From: a bacterium
Lineage (GTDB): Bacteria; Patescibacteriota; Minisyncoccia; Phycocordibacterales; Phycocordibacteraceae
DNA: 64,000 nt
Reading direction: 5' to 3'
Assembly (NCBI GenBank): GCA_021836725.1
Contig: JAKBHL010000011.1
Span: 94,494 to 158,493 of the forward strand
Positions 60,079 to 64,000 of the stretch are shown one piece after another; position 1 is the stretch's first letter; the number at the start of each line of letters is the position of its first letter. Position numbers and translations under genes: made by a program. The notes under the pieces are model-generated. The model worked only from the letters and a program-made list of their open reading frames with translations. It did not search any database and was not told the origin of the DNA.

Positions 60079-60822
60079 ATGCGGGAGACACGCCTCATCA
60101 TGGGCATGCCCATCGAAATAGAAATCGTGCACGAGGGCGCGCATGATGCGCTTGAAGCGGCGTTTGCGCACCTGGTCGCCGTTGATGAGCAGTTCAGTCC
60201 GTATAAAAATGACAGTGAAATTTCCCGTATGAACCGCGGCGAAGTTGCGCCTGCAACCTCGAGCGAAGCGATGCGCGAGATCCTCGCGCTTGCCGAAAGG
60301 ACGAAATCAGAGACTGACGGCTACTTCGATATTCGTCGTCCGGATGGGCTTATCGATCCTTCGGGCATCGTGAAGGGACTCGCGATACGCGATGTCGCGG
60401 CGCTTCTTTCCGCGCGCGGGTGCGGGCATTTTTTTGTAAATGCCGGCGGCGATATCGCAATGAGCGGGGAAAATCCGGACGGCAGCGCATGGAGCGTCGG
60501 CATCAGGAACCCGTTCAAGCACGACGAGATAGTGAAAGTCATCTATCCGCGCAGCAAGGGCGTCGCGACCTCGGGCTCCTACATCCGCGGCGCGCACATC
60601 TACAACCCGCATGCGCCCTCGGAGGAGCTGCGCGACGTCGTGAGCGTCACGGTCATCGGTCCCGATGTGCTCGAGGCGGATCGTTTCGCGACCGCGGCGT
60701 TTGCGATGGGGAAGGGTGGTATCACGTTTATCGAAAACCTGCCCGGCTTTGAAGGGTACGCGATCGACGCGCAGGGCATCGCAACCATGACGAGCGGTTT
60801 TGCCGCTTTTACCAAGCCATGA
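60079..60822 (+). CDS. apbE: ApbE-family FAD:protein FMN transferase (short form)
   Basis: ApbE fold motifs (DPSGIVKGLAIRD, GGDIA). Confidence 0.75.
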   Translation: MRETRLIMGMPIEIEIVHEGAHDALEAAFAHLVAVDEQFSPYKNDSEISRMNRGEVAPATSSEAMREILALAERTKSETDGYFDIRRPDGLIDPSGIVKGLAIRDVAALLSARGCGHFFVNAGGDIAMSGENPDGSAWSVGIRNPFKHDEIVKVIYPRSKGVATSGSYIRGAHIYNPHAPSEELRDVVSVTVIGPDVLEADRFATAAFAMGKGGITFIENLPGFEGYAIDAQGIATMTSGFAAFTKP

Positions 60823-62327
60823 TCGGGGCCCTGAAAGCGTTCATCGATCGCACCACGATGTATCGGCTGGTGCTCTATTACCTCCTCACGCTTCTTGCCG
60901 CCGCAGTCGTTTTGGGCGCGTTCGGCGTCCTGCCGTACGCGCCACTCGTCCTGCTGTATGCGACCGGCGTGCTGCTTGCGGCGGCGTGGATCAGCAACGA
61001 GATCCTGGCGCGATTTTTCGGCGCGGCGACCAATGCCGAGTCCGCCATCATTACGGCACTCATCCTCGCGCTCATCTTTTCGCCCCTTGCGGTTACCGGT
61101 ACTAACGGCGTTGCCGCCTTCGCGGCCATCGCCGCAGTCGCGATGGCGTCGAAGTATCTTCTTTCGATCGAGAAGAAGCACATCTTTAACCCGGCGGCGT
61201 TCGCCGCCGTGTTCTCGGCATTCGCCTTCGGAATTCCCGCGACATGGTGGATCGGCGGGAACAGCACGCTTTTGGCGCTCGTCATCCTCGGCGGCGTCCT
61301 CGTCGTGTATAAATTGCGCCGACTCGATCTCGTGCTCGCTTTTGCCGTCGCGGCGCTCGGCACCATCGCGCTTACGTCGTTTGATCCTCTCGGTGCGATT
61401 GAGGAAACGCTCCTACACTCCGCATTTTTCTTTCTCGCGTTCGTGATGCTGACCGAGCCTTTGACCATGCCGCCGACGCGGCGATCCCGCATCCTCTACG
61501 GCGCGCTCGTCGGCGTACTTTTCGTGCCTATCGTCCATGTGGGATCATTTTATGTTTCGCCGGAGTTGGGGCTTCTCATCGGAAATGCGTTTTCGTACCT
61601 GGTGAGCCCAAAGAGGCGTTATACGCTCACGCTCATCGAGCGCCACAAGCTTGCGCGCGGTATTTATGAATTCGTATTTCGCCCCGATCGCCCTTTGAAT
61701 TTCGCGCCCGGGCAGTATCTGGAATGGACGCTCGCGAAAGTCCCGTTCGACAGCCGCGGCAATCGCCGTTACTTCACGATCGCCTCAGCGCCTCATGATG
61801 AGAACGTGCGCCTCGGCGTGCGTTTCTACGAGACACCGAGCGCATTCAAACGCGCGCTCGCCGCACTCCCGCAGGAAGGAGTCATCTACGCCGCTTCGCT
61901 TGCCGGAGAATTCATGCTGCCGAAAGACAAAAAGAAAAAACTGGCATTCATCGCAGGCGGCGTGGGCATCACGCCGTTTGCAAGCATGGCACGGCATCTT
62001 TCTTCTTCCGGAGAATCGCGCGATGCGGTATTGCTCTATGCGAGCCGCACCGCCCCCGAAGTGGCATATCAGGACGTTTTCGCGCGCGCGGCGCGGGAGG
62101 GCTTGCGCACCGTTTATGCGCTCACGGCTGAAAGCCCTCTTCTGCCCGGCACGCATGCCGGAGCGATTGATGCGGCGCTCATCAAGCGCGAGATCCCCGA
62201 CTATCGCGAACGCCTCTTCTATCTTTCCGGGCCGCCGGGCATGGTGTCGGGAATGAAACGCATTCTCGTCGCGCTCGGCGTCTCGCGCTTCTCGATCAAG
62301 ACCGATTACTTCCCCGGCCTCGCCTGA
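60819..62327 (+). CDS. Polytopic membrane oxidoreductase: N-terminal 6-8 TM domain fused to C-terminal FNR-like FAD/NAD(P)-binding module
   Basis: RYFTIASAP (RxYS FAD motif) and GGVGITP NAD motif; coupled (overlap) with apbE. Confidence 0.7.
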   Translation: MIGALKAFIDRTTMYRLVLYYLLTLLAAAVVLGAFGVLPYAPLVLLYATGVLLAAAWISNEILARFFGAATNAESAIITALILALIFSPLAVTGTNGVAAFAAIAAVAMASKYLLSIEKKHIFNPAAFAAVFSAFAFGIPATWWIGGNSTLLALVILGGVLVVYKLRRLDLVLAFAVAALGTIALTSFDPLGAIEETLLHSAFFFLAFVMLTEPLTMPPTRRSRILYGALVGVLFVPIVHVGSFYVSPELGLLIGNAFSYLVSPKRRYTLTLIERHKLARGIYEFVFRPDRPLNFAPGQYLEWTLAKVPFDSRGNRRYFTIASAPHDENVRLGVRFYETPSAFKRALAALPQEGVIYAASLAGEFMLPKDKKKKLAFIAGGVGITPFASMARHLSSSGESRDAVLLYASRTAPEVAYQDVFARAAREGLRTVYALTAESPLLPGTHAGAIDAALIKREIPDYRERLFYLSGPPGMVSGMKRILVALGVSRFSIKTDYFPGLA

Positions 62328-62369
62328 ACGCCGTCTTTCATAGGACGGAAATGGTACCATGACATTTCT

Positions 62370-64000
62370 ATGCCTTCCGATAAGAAGAGAACAGCGCGCG
62401 TGTGGCCTGTGTTGCGCGCGTACAGCAAAGCCGCGCTCGCATATCCGAAATCCCTGAGCATCGCGATCATCGCGACAATCGGTATTGAAGCGGCCGCGGT
62501 CATCGCGCCGCTATATTTGCGGCAGTTCATAGATCTGCTCTCCGGCGGCGCACCCTCTGTGGGCACCGTGCAAGCGCTTTTCATCGTGCTCGGCTTTTTT
62601 GCCGCGGTAAATTTTGTCGGATGGATCGGACAGCGCGTACGCATGCTCTCAATCGGGCGCATGGAAGCGAAAGTGATGACCGATTTGTATGAAAACGCTT
62701 TCAATTATCTGCTCGGCCACGCGCATGAGTTTTTCATCTCGAACTTCACCGGCACGCTCACGCGCCGCGTTGCGCGTTACGCGCGCTCCTTTGAACAAGT
62801 TTTCGATAATCTGCTACTCAACTTTTCCCCCGCCTTTATTTTCGCCATCGGCGTCATCGGTGTGCTCTCGACGCAAAGCATGCTGCTTGGCGTCGGGCTT
62901 TTCGTATGGACGGTCACATTCGTATACATCCAGTTTAGGATGGTGCTGTGGCGCCAGCCGCTGCGCTCCGCGCGCGCCGAGGAAGACAGCAAGGTAACCG
63001 GTTTCCTTTCCGACACGGTACTCAACCACTCGACCATCACTACTTTCGCAGCCGCCCCGTACGAGAGGATGCGGTTTCAAGACACGGTCGCGCGCTGGTA
63101 TGCGGCGACAAAGCGCGCCTGGGATGCCGATGCGTGGGTCTACGGCGTGCAGGGGCTCTTCGCCATCGGGATAGAGGTGGCGCTGCTCGCGGGCGCGGTG
63201 CTGCTCTGGCAGCAAGGCATCGTGACGGTGGGAGATTTCGTGCTGATCCAGATCTACATTCTCGGCCTCATGAATCGCATCTGGGGCATCGGGCGCAACA
63301 TGCGCCAGCTCTACGACGCGTTCGCCGATGCGACTGAAATGCTCGATATCATCGAGATGCCGCACGCGATCCAGGATGCCGCAGGCGCACAACCCCTCCG
63401 GGTGCGCGAGGGAGCGATCACTTTCGAGCATGTCCATTTCGAGTACCATGAAAATCAGGCGGTGCTTCTTGATTTCGACCTTGCCATCCCGCCGCACGAA
63501 AAAGTGGCGCTGGTCGGCTCTTCCGGCGCGGGGAAGTCGACCATCACGAAACTGCTCCTGCGTCTCTACGATGTCACGGATGGGGCTATCCGCATCGACG
63601 GGCAGAACATAGCCGATGTGGCGCAGGAGAGCTTGCGCGCGGCGATAGCGTTCGTTCCGCAAGAGCCGATGCTCTTTCACCGTTCGCTCATGGACAACAT
63701 CCGCTATGGCCGCCAGGGGGCGACCGACGAGGAGGTTTTCGAAGCGGCGCGGCAAGCGCACTGCGATGAGTTCATCGGCCGTTATCCGGAAGGGTTTGAG
63801 ACGATGGTCGGCGAGCGCGGCGTAAAGCTTTCCGGAGGCGAGCGCCAGCGCGTGGCGATCGCGCGCGCAATCCTGAAAAACGCGCCGATTCTCGTCCTCG
63901 ACGAGGCGACATCGAGTCTTGATTCTGAATCCGAGGCGCTTATTCAGGATGCGTTTACGCGGCTCATGCGGGGCAAGACCGTCATCGCCATCGCGCACCG
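62370..64000 (+). CDS. ABC transporter permease/ATP-binding fusion (MsbA-like exporter), 3'-truncated by window edge
   Basis: 6-TM domain then Walker A GSSGAGKST, signature LSGGERQR; not in ORF track because no stop within window. Confidence 0.85.
   Translation, partial: MPSDKKRTARVWPVLRAYSKAALAYPKSLSIAIIATIGIEAAAVIAPLYLRQFIDLLSGGAPSVGTVQALFIVLGFFAAVNFVGWIGQRVRMLSIGRMEAKVMTDLYENAFNYLLGHAHEFFISNFTGTLTRRVARYARSFEQVFDNLLLNFSPAFIFAIGVIGVLSTQSMLLGVGLFVWTVTFVYIQFRMVLWRQPLRSARAEEDSKVTGFLSDTVLNHSTITTFAAAPYERMRFQDTVARWYAATKRAWDADAWVYGVQGLFAIGIEVALLAGAVLLWQQGIVTVGDFVLIQIYILGLMNRIWGIGRNMRQLYDAFADATEMLDIIEMPHAIQDAAGAQPLRVREGAITFEHVHFEYHENQAVLLDFDLAIPPHEKVALVGSSGAGKSTITKLLLRLYDVTDGAIRIDGQNIADVAQESLRAAIAFVPQEPMLFHRSLMDNIRYGRQGATDEEVFEAARQAHCDEFIGRYPEGFETMVGERGVKLSGGERQRVAIARAILKNAPILVLDEATSSLDSESEALIQDAFTRLMRGKTVIAIAH

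Noticed and set aside
62814-63998. 394-aa minus-strand ORF at the 3' edge
   Set aside because: Antisense to an ABC exporter whose Walker A/signature motifs read cleanly on the plus strand.

Overview
High-GC (~62-65%) bacterial window whose gene content fits a reduced Patescibacteria/CPR-type genome. It opens with an S10-spc ribosomal protein cluster (rpsJ partial, rplC, D, W, B, S, V, rpsC, rplP, rpmC, rpsQ, rplN, X, E, rpsN, H, rplF, R, rpsE, rplO, secY, adk, map). The cluster has no rpmD (L30) and carries long extensions on L4, S5 and S19. It is interrupted between rplB and rpsS by a reverse-strand DUF3298-like gene plus a structured palindromic repeat. Downstream are ndk, two beta-CASP/MBL ribonucleases (one RNase J), an infC-rpmI-rplT operon, a secreted PLD-nuclease, an ECF sigma/anti-sigma pair, and VKOR/Bcp redox genes. 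Two HhH-GPD glycosylases (Nth-like and MutY-like) have degenerate or absent Fe-S motifs. Also present are groES/groEL, secG, an OppA-like SBP, a large type IV pilus/competence locus (comFC, pilM/N/O, pilB, REC, pilT, pilC, two tandem pilins, pilD, pseudopilins, pilX-like), ligA, gatCA, and a candidate tmRNA (ssrA) with a low-GC three-gene islet beside it. A tRNA-Ser(GCU), a flavinylation-type cluster (FMN_bind + ApbE + membrane FNR-like oxidoreductase with DoxX, rhodanese and PAP2 neighbours) and a partial ABC exporter at the 3' edge complete the window. The most striking sequence-level signal is a ~150-bp imperfect-palindrome MITE-like element with CTAGAACCC...GGGTTCTAG-type termini, present in at least 7 copies in both orientations. 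Several copies abut or supply the stop codon of the upstream gene, and one lies in-frame in the 5' end of a pseudopilin gene. Many long ORFs in the supplied track are antisense shadows of conserved genes and were rejected.
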